IMG/VR virus record: IMGVR_UViG_3300022719_000274
Location: 1 to 34,280 of that record
Strand: one strand, 5' to 3'
Source of the DNA: a virus
Taxonomy: Duplodnaviria > Caudoviricetes
Length of the DNA stretch: 34,280 nt
Under the pieces are notes generated by a model. The model made no database searches. It saw only the letters and a list, made by a program, of their open reading frames with translations, and was not told where the DNA came from. Positions 18,129 through 25,489 of the stretch are shown here, piece by piece (positions within the stretch are counted from its first letter, which is position 1; the number at the start of each line of letters is the position of its first letter). The position numbers and the translations under genes were made by a program.

Positions 18129-18138
18129 CGTGGAACCT

Positions 18139-18280
18139 TGGGTCAGAAGTTGGGGGGTGGCGTCTGACCCCGCTCCTACGCACAGGCTGGAGACCCGCAG
18201 GTTGTCCCGCCGTGACGGGGCCTGGCTCCAGCTGCTTGAGGCTTGCTGGGGTGTTCGGTGGTGGGCCCGAAGATGGGCCC
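18139..18280 (-). promoter_or_regulatory. Structured 5' leader of the capsid gene with a degenerate promoter-like motif
   Basis: Three consecutive stem-loops, plus ACACCCCAGCAAG (18242-18254) resembling ACACTCCAGGAAG. Confidence 0.5.
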
Positions 18281-18287
18281 TTTTCGG

Positions 18288-18695
18288 TCAGTCGACCGTA
18301 CTGCCCGCGGGCAGCTGGGCGAGCGCCTTCTGGAGTCGCTTCTGGTCCTCGTCTCGCTGCACTTCGACACGCCGCCGCTGGCGGCCGGCTGCGAATAGGG
18401 CGCTGAGGCCGCCCACGAGTACGCCGCCGAGGCCGGCCTGGCTCCAGCCGTCCGCGAGCTGGCCGGCAATCGCCTGGCCGCGCTCCTGGACCCGCTGGGC
18501 GCCCGCGGTGACCTCTTGGCGGAGCTCGCCTACGGCGGCCTGGAGTTCGGCCTGGGCTTCGGGCGTGCCGTCGAAGGTCTCGAGGGCGCTCTCGACTCCG
18601 CCCACGCGCTGCCCGAGGCGCTCGAAGTCGTCTTGGGTTGCGAGGCAGGACGTCGTGGAGAGGGCGAGTACGAGGGCGAGGATGGCGTTCTTCAT
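18288..18695 (-). CDS. Predicted lipoprotein with a C-terminal TM segment (u-spanin-like architecture)
   Basis: Signal peptide MKNAILALVLALSTTS-C, helical middle region, hydrophobic AGLGGVLVGGLSALFAAG followed by RQRRR. ATGA overlap with the upstream gene. Confidence 0.7.
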   Translation of the reverse strand: MKNAILALVLALSTTSCLATQDDFERLGQRVGGVESALETFDGTPEAQAELQAAVGELRQEVTAGAQRVQERGQAIAGQLADGWSQAGLGGVLVGGLSALFAAGRQRRRVEVQRDEDQKRLQKALAQLPAGSTVD

Positions 18696-18976
18696 GGACG
18701 GAGCTTCGATCCCTTGGGCAGCACGAGGCGCCCGTTGATGAGCATGAAGCCGACGGGCTGGCCGGCCTTCTGGGCCAAGGAGGCGAAGGTCTCGCGAGGC
18801 TCGACGTGGGGCTCGGCCCAGGTGCCGCATTGGACGCAGCGGTTGTTCACCAGGGCCACCTGTCCGGCGTCGTCGCCGGGGCCCACGCCGTCTTCGCTGA
18901 GAGACCCGACGCCCGAGCCGCAAGCCGCGCAGAAGCCGTCCACCTCCTCAAGAAGGCGCTTCAGCCCCGGGTCCAT
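18692..18976 (-). CDS. Zn-ribbon protein (CAAC-x27-CVQC), 94 aa
   Basis: TGATG coupling to the scaffold stop and ATGA coupling to the next gene. Two CxxC pairs. Confidence 0.75.
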   Translation of the reverse strand: MDPGLKRLLEEVDGFCAACGSGVGSLSEDGVGPGDDAGQVALVNNRCVQCGTWAEPHVEPRETFASLAQKAGQPVGFMLINGRLVLPKGSKLRP

Positions 18977-19872
18977 CAGATGTGCCCGGCTTGCGTGCTG
19001 CGGTGGACTTTCTCCTCGACCGCCTTGACGTAGCTGGGGTCCTTCTTGTAGCGCGGGTCGCGCATGGCCTCGGTCACCTCGTTCATCGACCGGAACACGT
19101 CTCCGGACTCGACGGACGGCCCGGCTCGGCCGACCAGCATCTCCCCGCGGTAGCCGTTGGCGGACTCGTAGGCAGCCCTCAGGTTGTTGATGGCGAACTT
19201 GATCTGGCCCATGTCGTTGGACTTGATCGCCGCGTCGTAGGCCGCTCGCTGCTCTTCGTCCCATCCGCCTTCGTTCGCCCACTGGGCCATCTTGGCGAAG
19301 CTCTCCTTGCCTCCGGCAAGGCCCATGAGCTCGTTGGCCTGGTTCTGGACGTAGTCCGCCCGGAAGCGCATGTGGTTGTCCACGACGTCTCGCGGGATGC
19401 CGTAGTCCTGCTCGAGCTCGACGTAGTCCTCCGGCCGGAGTTCGCCCTGCTCCATGAAGCGCTCGGTCCAGCCTTGGTAGGCTTCCCGGTCCATGATCTT
19501 GCGCCCCGTAGGCGTGTCCTCCGGTCCCTCTCCCTCGGGGGTCTGGCCTTCTCCGCTCTTGTCGCCCTCCGCGGCCGGCGCCGGGGAGTCCTTGGGGTCG
19601 GGAGTCTGGGGTTCCTGGCGCTCCTGGATGCCCTTCTGGGACCCCAGGCGTCGCTCGAGCTGAGCGTAGGCGATCTCGAGGTCCTGGACCGTCTGGAACT
19701 TGCCGCCGCCCACCCGAGGCCGGTACGGCTGCTGCTGCTGCTCCGGCTGCTGCTGCTGCTCCGGCTGCTGCTCCGGCTGCTGCTCCGGCTGCTGCTCGCC
19801 CTCTTCGGGCATGCGGGGAGCGTTGGGGCCCGTCACCTCGCTGGAGCTGACTTCGACTCGTTCGTACGCCAT
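18976..19872 (-). CDS. Capsid scaffolding protein (gp9-like)
   Basis: KFQTVQDLEIAYAQLE, AGGKESFAKMAQWA and AMRDPRYKKDPSY motifs. Confidence 0.93.
   Translation of the reverse strand: MAYERVEVSSSEVTGPNAPRMPEEGEQQPEQQPEQQPEQQQQPEQQQQPYRPRVGGGKFQTVQDLEIAYAQLERRLGSQKGIQERQEPQTPDPKDSPAPAAEGDKSGEGQTPEGEGPEDTPTGRKIMDREAYQGWTERFMEQGELRPEDYVELEQDYGIPRDVVDNHMRFRADYVQNQANELMGLAGGKESFAKMAQWANEGGWDEEQRAAYDAAIKSNDMGQIKFAINNLRAAYESANGYRGEMLVGRAGPSVESGDVFRSMNEVTEAMRDPRYKKDPSYVKAVEEKVHRSTQAGHI
19727..19797 (-). repeat. Coding microsatellite-like repeat (PEQQ/QQQQ) in the scaffold gene
   Basis: Repeated CAGCAGCCGGAG units. Confidence 0.85.
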
Positions 19873-19875
19873 GGT

Positions 19876-21453
19876 CTATGCCTCGTCTGGATTCGGGGTC
19901 TGAGCGCCCTCGCCGCTCCCGACGGCGCGCTCGATGTTCTCGCGGGCGAACCCGCCGATCTGCTTCACAAGCTCGGGGTTCTGCCCGATCTGGCGGAGCT
20001 GGGCTTGCTGGGCCTCCTGCTGGAGTTCCTCCGGAGTCTTCAGGAGGTCCTTGGTGGTCACGCCGGCGCCGTTCAGGATGCGCTTCACGAGTTCCTGCGG
20101 CTTCATCAGGCCCAGGGCCTGGGGCCCGAGCTGGGCGATGGTCTGGAGGGCGACCTGAAGCCGCTGCAGGTCCTGCCCGCGGCCGATCGCGTCGACGCCG
20201 GTGGTGATCTGCGGCCGCACGATGTCGTCCCGCCCGAGGTCCGGAAGGCGCCCCTGGGCCGTCATCTGGGCGCGGAGGACGGCCAGGACGGGCAGCTGGA
20301 CCTCCTCGGCCAAGGCGGCGAAGGTGCCTCCGAGGGCCTCTTGGAGCTCCTGGATGGTCACTTGGACTTCGAGCGCGGTGACTCGCTCGGCGTCGCGCTG
20401 GCGGCGCACCAGGAAGAACGTCTCGAGGCCCAGGACCAGAGCCTCCACGCTGGCCTGAGCGACTCGGAGGTCGGCGAACTTGTCGAGGTTCAGACTTCCG
20501 ACGTCCTCCTCCTGGCCGGACACGAAGTCGCCGTTCTCGGCGTCGTTGAGGTCCTGGATGTTGGCCGAGGAACCGGGTCGGACCATGTAGATGACCTTGG
20601 CCGCCGCGGCGCTGGCCTGGACGATGGCCTCGGAGAGCACCTCGAGCGCCTGAAGGTCGCCCATGGCGCCCTCGACGTGTCCGCGGCCGTAGTCCTCGCC
20701 GTCGAGGATCTCCCAGCGGAGCGGAATCCACTCGAGTTCTTCCTGGCGCACCCGGCTGTCCGTCCCGGGGACGCGCTCGCCCTTGGGGCCCTCCTGGTGG
20801 ATCGTGTAGAAGTCCTCGTCCGTGCGGTCCTTCTCGATGACCGTGAAGAGGTTCACGAACGTCGAGCGGTCGCTACGGCCCTCCGGGGCGGCCTCGACGC
20901 CACGCTCGCGGAGCGCCGCGCGGTCGACGGACTCGCGCACGACGATCGTCTGGACGTCCCCCATGGGGTCCCGCCGGATGACGTACCGGTTCAGGTCGAA
21001 GACCCTCGGCCGCTTGCCGGCGGGGACGTGTAGGAGGCAGTTGCCGGTGACCACGAGCAGCTTCGTGGCCCGCGAGAGACGCGGACGGAAGCCGCGGTGC
21101 TCGAACTCCTGGCGGATGGCCTCCTCCTGGCGGACCAGGTTGGCCATGACCTCCTGCTGGGCCCCGTCGACTTGGGCGATCTCCTCGAGCAGGAAGTCGT
21201 CGACGGCCAGGCGGAAGAAGGGCTGCTGGGGCGGGAAGAGGGCCAGCTGGAGCTTCGAGGCCAGGTTGTTGACGCCGCGGGCGCCGATGGACTGCCAGGG
21301 GTCCTCGAGAGTCTCGAAGTGGAGGGGCCCGCGGTCGCTGGCGTGGTAGAGGTGCGGCAGAGTGAGCGTCGCGGCCGCCTCGGCACGCCTCTCGTAGGGC
21401 TGCCGGTCAACCTTGAGCCGCTCGTAGAGAGCGGCCCCGGTCATGTCACTCAT
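19876..21453 (-). CDS. Portal / head-tail connector (gp8-like)
   Basis: PWQSIGARGVNNLASKL...LFP..PFFRL, GEDYGRGHVE and RDAERVTA motifs. Confidence 0.98.
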   Translation of the reverse strand: MSDMTGAALYERLKVDRQPYERRAEAAATLTLPHLYHASDRGPLHFETLEDPWQSIGARGVNNLASKLQLALFPPQQPFFRLAVDDFLLEEIAQVDGAQQEVMANLVRQEEAIRQEFEHRGFRPRLSRATKLLVVTGNCLLHVPAGKRPRVFDLNRYVIRRDPMGDVQTIVVRESVDRAALRERGVEAAPEGRSDRSTFVNLFTVIEKDRTDEDFYTIHQEGPKGERVPGTDSRVRQEELEWIPLRWEILDGEDYGRGHVEGAMGDLQALEVLSEAIVQASAAAAKVIYMVRPGSSANIQDLNDAENGDFVSGQEEDVGSLNLDKFADLRVAQASVEALVLGLETFFLVRRQRDAERVTALEVQVTIQELQEALGGTFAALAEEVQLPVLAVLRAQMTAQGRLPDLGRDDIVRPQITTGVDAIGRGQDLQRLQVALQTIAQLGPQALGLMKPQELVKRILNGAGVTTKDLLKTPEELQQEAQQAQLRQIGQNPELVKQIGGFARENIERAVGSGEGAQTPNPDEA

Positions 21454-21683
21454 CAGGCGTTGACGCCTCCGGTGCTAGCGCGGCCGCCGGCGTTGCCGCC
21501 CTGGGGCGAGCTGACGGTCGGCTGGGTGCGGAGGTCGAGCCGGAGGGCGCTGGTTCCCTGCCGGGCGCGCTCCGCGCGATCCTCGGGGTCAGCTGCGCGG
21601 ACGAAGCCGCGGTTCTGTTCGACCGGCGGGGGTGCGGGCTCCGGCGGCGGTACGGGGTCGGGGAAGTCCGGAGCTGAGCACAC
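21453..21683 (-). CDS. Small Pro-rich virion assembly protein (gp7.3/gp6.7-like)
   Basis: GTG start after GAGG. MC start, PPP-rich, with GTSALRLDL, directly before the portal. Confidence 0.75.
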   Translation of the reverse strand: MCSAPDFPDPVPPPEPAPPPVEQNRGFVRAADPEDRAERARQGTSALRLDLRTQPTVSSPQGGNAGGRASTGGVNA

Positions 21684-21688
21684 TGGGG

Positions 21689-21919
21689 TCACCTCTTGGG
21701 TTCGGCTTGGCGTTCCGCGATGAGCCGCAGGCGCTGCACGAGCTGCCACGCGCCGTAGCGCTGGCGGCCCTCGGCCTCGGTCTCGTGGGGCTGGAGGGGA
21801 CTCCCTGGGTACTGGGCCTCGAGCCACTCCACGAGCCTCAGCGATACCTGCGGCTCGTCGGGGAGAGACGAGCGAACCCCGCGCAAGCGCTTCGAGGCGT
21901 TCGGCGGGGTTCGGCTCAT
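21689..21919 (-). CDS. Hypothetical protein at the start of the late operon
   Basis: ATG at 21919. The VSLRLVEWLEAQYP pattern is like small proteins in this slot of T7-like phages. Confidence 0.7.
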   Translation of the reverse strand: MSRTPPNASKRLRGVRSSLPDEPQVSLRLVEWLEAQYPGSPLQPHETEAEGRQRYGAWQLVQRLRLIAERQAEPKR

Positions 21920-21924
21920 GTTAG

Positions 21925-21946
21925 GGTCTTCCTGGAGTGTGCCGAT
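21925..21946 (-). promoter_or_regulatory. Candidate late phage promoter (ATCGGCACACTCCAGGAAGACC), phi6.5-like position
   Basis: Intergenic at the replication/structural boundary. The 14-mer recurs at 478-491. It overlaps an inverted repeat centred on the palindrome TGCCCAATTGGGCA. Confidence 0.55.
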
Positions 21947-21975
21947 CTTGCCCAATTGGGCAGAATTGGCACAAC

Positions 21976-22554
21976 TCAGAAGGGCGTGCGTCGGGCAGAC
22001 TCGTGCTCGGCCTGCTCGATGTTACGGGTGTAGCCGGCGATGTCGACCAGGTTGTCCCGCTTCGTCTGGTTGCAGTCCCGGCTGACCTTCAGGAGGACCA
22101 TCATCAGGCAGACGTCGCGGTAGCTCAGCCGGCACTGAAAGCCGAACTTGCGCTCCAGGTAGGCGGTCCAGAGCTCCGCGGTGTTCCCGTGGTTGTCCAG
22201 GGGGTGACCGTAGTACCGGCGGCGGTCGCCCCGCGTGAGGTCGTCGGCGTCCACCAGGATGCTCATCTCCGCCTCCGGCTCCGCGTCGGTGCTCTCGGCA
22301 GGCTCCGGCTCCGCATAGGGGCTCTCGGCGGGCTTCGGCGCCACCTCGTCGGGCATGGCGTCCGCTTCCAGCAGCGCGTCGCGGTCGAGCTCGGTCATGG
22401 GCTGTTCGGGTTCGGGCATCGGGTTCCCTCGGCAGAAGATGCGGTCGTGGTCGAAGAAGTGCGTGTAGACGATGGTCCCCTGGTCGACTTCGTGTCGATT
22501 GAGGGCGGCGCGGCAGAACTTGCAGGTCAGTCTCGGGTTGTCGGTGGGCTCCAC
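21976..22554 (-). CDS. DUF6378-like protein with an N-terminal Cys/His motif and acidic linker
   Basis: GDRRRYYGHPLDN...AELW...DVCLMMVLLKVSR...KRDNLVDIAGY. GTG at 22554 follows GGAG, but the start is uncertain. Confidence 0.75.
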   Translation of the reverse strand: MEPTDNPRLTCKFCRAALNRHEVDQGTIVYTHFFDHDRIFCRGNPMPEPEQPMTELDRDALLEADAMPDEVAPKPAESPYAEPEPAESTDAEPEAEMSILVDADDLTRGDRRRYYGHPLDNHGNTAELWTAYLERKFGFQCRLSYRDVCLMMVLLKVSRDCNQTKRDNLVDIAGYTRNIEQAEHESARRTPF

Positions 22555-23327
22555 AGGCTTACTCCGCTGGCTTCGGTGTACTCGCCGGCACGCAGGATGC
22601 GAGCCAGGCGGGCTTGAGTGATGGCGACGTCGTAGATCGTCTCGCCCTCCGCGAGGACCAGACGACCCTTCTCGACGGCGTTCTCGTAGGCTCCCAGGAC
22701 GCCCGCCCAGCCCCGGGCGACGCTCCACTCCTCGCCGAGCTCGGGGAGCCACTTCTCGCAGGACTTCGGCCCGATCCCGGGGCAGCCCGGGTAGCCGTCC
22801 GTGAAATCGCCCATGAGCGTCTGGGCGAGATGGAAGCGGTCCGCCTCGTCCACCGAGACCTCGACGACGCCCTCCTCGGGGTGGTGCGGGTTGAAGTGCA
22901 GGCCAGGGATCGTGCGCAGGTCCTTGTCCGTGGACACGACGACCTTCCGGCCCCGGATGCCCGTCCCGGTGGCCAGGATGCCCAGCACGTCGTCCCCCTC
23001 GAGGAACGGGTACTCGACGCATCGGTAGCCGACGACCAGCTTCTCCTTCAGCCGGAGCCACCCCGGCGGCTTCCGGCCCTTGCGGTTGTTCTTGTAGAGC
23101 GGGTAGATGTCGTGGCGCCAGTACTTGCCCGAGGCGGACAGCGCCACGATGACTCGCCGGGCCCCCAGCTCACGAATGAGTGCGGTGAAGTCCGAATCGA
23201 TGCCGCTGTAGGCGGCGCCGTGATCGACCTTCGTCGTCTCGACGTCGTCGTTCCAGGTAACTTCGGTGGTGCAGGCGGAGACGTGGCGGTGCAGGTACAC
23301 GTCGCCATCGATCAACAGGGTACTCAT
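22527..23327 (-). CDS. 5'-3' exonuclease (T7 gp6-like)
   Basis: LLIDGD, YKNNRK, LEGDDVLGI, DKDLRTIP and GDFTDGYPGCPGIG motifs. TGATG coupling to the polymerase. Confidence 0.96.
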   Translation of the reverse strand: MSTLLIDGDVYLHRHVSACTTEVTWNDDVETTKVDHGAAYSGIDSDFTALIRELGARRVIVALSASGKYWRHDIYPLYKNNRKGRKPPGWLRLKEKLVVGYRCVEYPFLEGDDVLGILATGTGIRGRKVVVSTDKDLRTIPGLHFNPHHPEEGVVEVSVDEADRFHLAQTLMGDFTDGYPGCPGIGPKSCEKWLPELGEEWSVARGWAGVLGAYENAVEKGRLVLAEGETIYDVAITQARLARILRAGEYTEASGVSLWSPPTTRD

Positions 23328-25123
23328 CAGTGGGTTTCGCTCCAGTTGGCCCCGACCTTGTACTCGCCGTCGAGGGGGCACTTGATGCCGAGGATCTCCC
23401 CGGCCTTGCGGAAGGACTCCACCCCGATCTCTCCGACACGCTGAGCGTCGTCGGGGTGGGACTCGTACTGGGCCTCGTCGTGGACGTGTAAGACCTGGTG
23501 AGCGCGGAGCCCCTCCTCCTTCACGGCGTCGGCCCAGAGTACCGTGGCCATCTTCACCACGATGGCGCCGTTGCCTTGCAGCAGCGTGTTTAAGGCCGAG
23601 TGCTGGTGGCGGACCGGGATGCGGCGGCCGTCGCAGCCCGGAAGCCAGCCGTAGTTGCCAGCGTGCTCGGAGCACAACTGCTTCAGGCTGGGCATGCCCG
23701 GCGTGTTGCGCAGGAAGCGCTTCGAGGCCGCCCGGGCCCGGCGGGCCGAGCAACCGAGGATGAGCCCCAGCTTGGCGTCTCCGGCGCCGTAGAGCCAGGC
23801 ATAGAACCAGACCTTGGCCCGGTTGCGGTCCATGATCTCCAGGGCCTGCATGTTCGTGCTGTGGACATCGCCGCTCAGTACGATGTCCACCATCCGACCC
23901 CCGTCGAACTGATGGAGGAAGTGGGCGAGCTCGCGGGTCTCGAGACCGGAAGCGTCCGCGCCCACCATGACCCAGCCGGGGTTCTTCGGTCCGAAGAGCG
24001 CCCGGAACTCGGTCCCCCACTTCGATCCCGGACGGGGGATCTGCCCGAGGTTGGGCTTCTTGTGGGCGCACCTCATGGTCACCGTGCCGCAGGGGCGCAC
24101 CTCTCCGTGGATCGTGTCGTCATCCTTCAGATACTTGAGGATCGGGTCGCCGGCCTTGGACGATCCCTCGAGCTGGCCGATGCGCTTCCCCAGCATCAGG
24201 TACTCGTTCATCAGCGCCGCCTCGGCGTAGACTCCCGCCAGAGACTCGAGGATGGCCTCATCGAGCTGCGGGCGCCCGGAATCCGTGAACTGCTTCGGCT
24301 TCCACCCGTACTTGCGGATGAGGTGGTTCGCGCAATGAAGACGGGAACCGGGGTTGAACGGGACGACCTTGGTTCTCCTCAGCTTCTTCTTCGGCGTGAC
24401 GTACGGGATCTCGAACGGCGGGCAGAGTTCCACCAGCTTGTCGTAGACGCCCGCGTAGGCGCTGGTGAGCTGCCCCAAGAGATCGGCGGCGGCCTTCCGG
24501 TCCACCTTCACGCCGGCCCTGATCTGCTCCCAGATGACCTCGGCGAACCGGTGCTCGAGCTCGACGGCCTGGTTGCCCGGCCAGTACTTCAGGATTCGCT
24601 CCATCAGCGCCGCGGTCACCTTCACGTCCTGGACGCAGTAGTCCAACATCGGGCGGTCGAGTACGTGCCAGCCGGTCTGCTTCCCGAAGTCGCCCTTGCG
24701 GACGCCCAGCCGGTAGCCCCACGCTTCGAGCGACTGGCGCCCGATGAGCCGGCTGGGGAATGACTGGTCGCCCGCGTTGCGGCGGCGGAAGTCGAGTTCC
24801 TTGACGTGCGGCCAGCGCATCTCGCAGAGCAGCTGGGTATCGAGATGGTCGGGCAGCGGCTCGCCGAAGGCATCCTCTACGACAATGCGGTCGAAGCGCA
24901 GGACGTTGTGCCCGGCCAGCTTGCCGGGCCAGTTGGCCAGCCGGCGGAAGCCGTCGTCCAGTGTACCTTCCCGCGGCAGCTCCGGGTCGTCGTGGTACCG
25001 CTCCGGCTGTCCGTACAAGGGCTGGCAGACGATGCAGTGGATCGCCGAGCCCTCCGGGAACTGGAAGTCCTTGACGGCTTGCGTCTCGATGTCGTAGACG
25101 AGGATGTCACTCGCTTTGATCAT
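23327..25123 (-). CDS. DNA polymerase family A (T7 gp5-like)
   Basis: Exonuclease motifs DIET, GHNVLRFD and YCVQDV. Polymerase motifs DASGLE, RAKVWFYAWLYG and VHDE. Probable ATG at 25123 after GGAG. Confidence 0.98.
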   Translation of the reverse strand: MIKASDILVYDIETQAVKDFQFPEGSAIHCIVCQPLYGQPERYHDDPELPREGTLDDGFRRLANWPGKLAGHNVLRFDRIVVEDAFGEPLPDHLDTQLLCEMRWPHVKELDFRRRNAGDQSFPSRLIGRQSLEAWGYRLGVRKGDFGKQTGWHVLDRPMLDYCVQDVKVTAALMERILKYWPGNQAVELEHRFAEVIWEQIRAGVKVDRKAAADLLGQLTSAYAGVYDKLVELCPPFEIPYVTPKKKLRRTKVVPFNPGSRLHCANHLIRKYGWKPKQFTDSGRPQLDEAILESLAGVYAEAALMNEYLMLGKRIGQLEGSSKAGDPILKYLKDDDTIHGEVRPCGTVTMRCAHKKPNLGQIPRPGSKWGTEFRALFGPKNPGWVMVGADASGLETRELAHFLHQFDGGRMVDIVLSGDVHSTNMQALEIMDRNRAKVWFYAWLYGAGDAKLGLILGCSARRARAASKRFLRNTPGMPSLKQLCSEHAGNYGWLPGCDGRRIPVRHQHSALNTLLQGNGAIVVKMATVLWADAVKEEGLRAHQVLHVHDEAQYESHPDDAQRVGEIGVESFRKAGEILGIKCPLDGEYKVGANWSETH

Positions 25124-25208
25124 GCTGCTCCATGTCTTCCGATCTCTTGAACACCACAACGGCTAAGACCCCGTGTTCGTCCTGCTCGACGTGGGATTCC
25201 CCCTTCAT
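25107..25208 (-). CDS. Possible 33-aa peptide (MKGESHVEQ...)
   Basis: ATGA overlap with the MazG-like stop. It fills the gap to the polymerase. Confidence 0.35.
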   Translation of the reverse strand: MKGESHVEQDEHGVLAVVVFKRSEDMEQHDQSE

Positions 25209-25489
25209 TCCCGAATCCCCCTGAACACTTCCTGCCCCCTCTGGTGGCGTACCCAGTCCTGGGTCGGGTCGCCCTCCTCGGCCAAGCGGATGGCCATGGC
25301 CGCAACCTGGATGCACTCCTCCCGGATGCGCTCCGGCGACTCGTCGGCCAGGGCCTTGGCCACCTCGCCCACCTCCTCGGTGAGGGCCATCATGAGGCCC
25401 CGAGGGTCAGGGAACTTCAGGCGCGCCCCGTGAGTCTCGTCTGCGATCTCATCGATCATCCGCCGCGTGGGGAATAGAGGGTCGTTCAT
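25205..25489 (-). CDS. MazG-like nucleotide pyrophosphohydrolase
   Basis: LTEEVGEVAKAL...REECIQVAAMA (ExxE...ExxQ). Confidence 0.85.
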   Translation of the reverse strand: MNDPLFPTRRMIDEIADETHGARLKFPDPRGLMMALTEEVGEVAKALADESPERIREECIQVAAMAIRLAEEGDPTQDWVRHQRGQEVFRGIRE

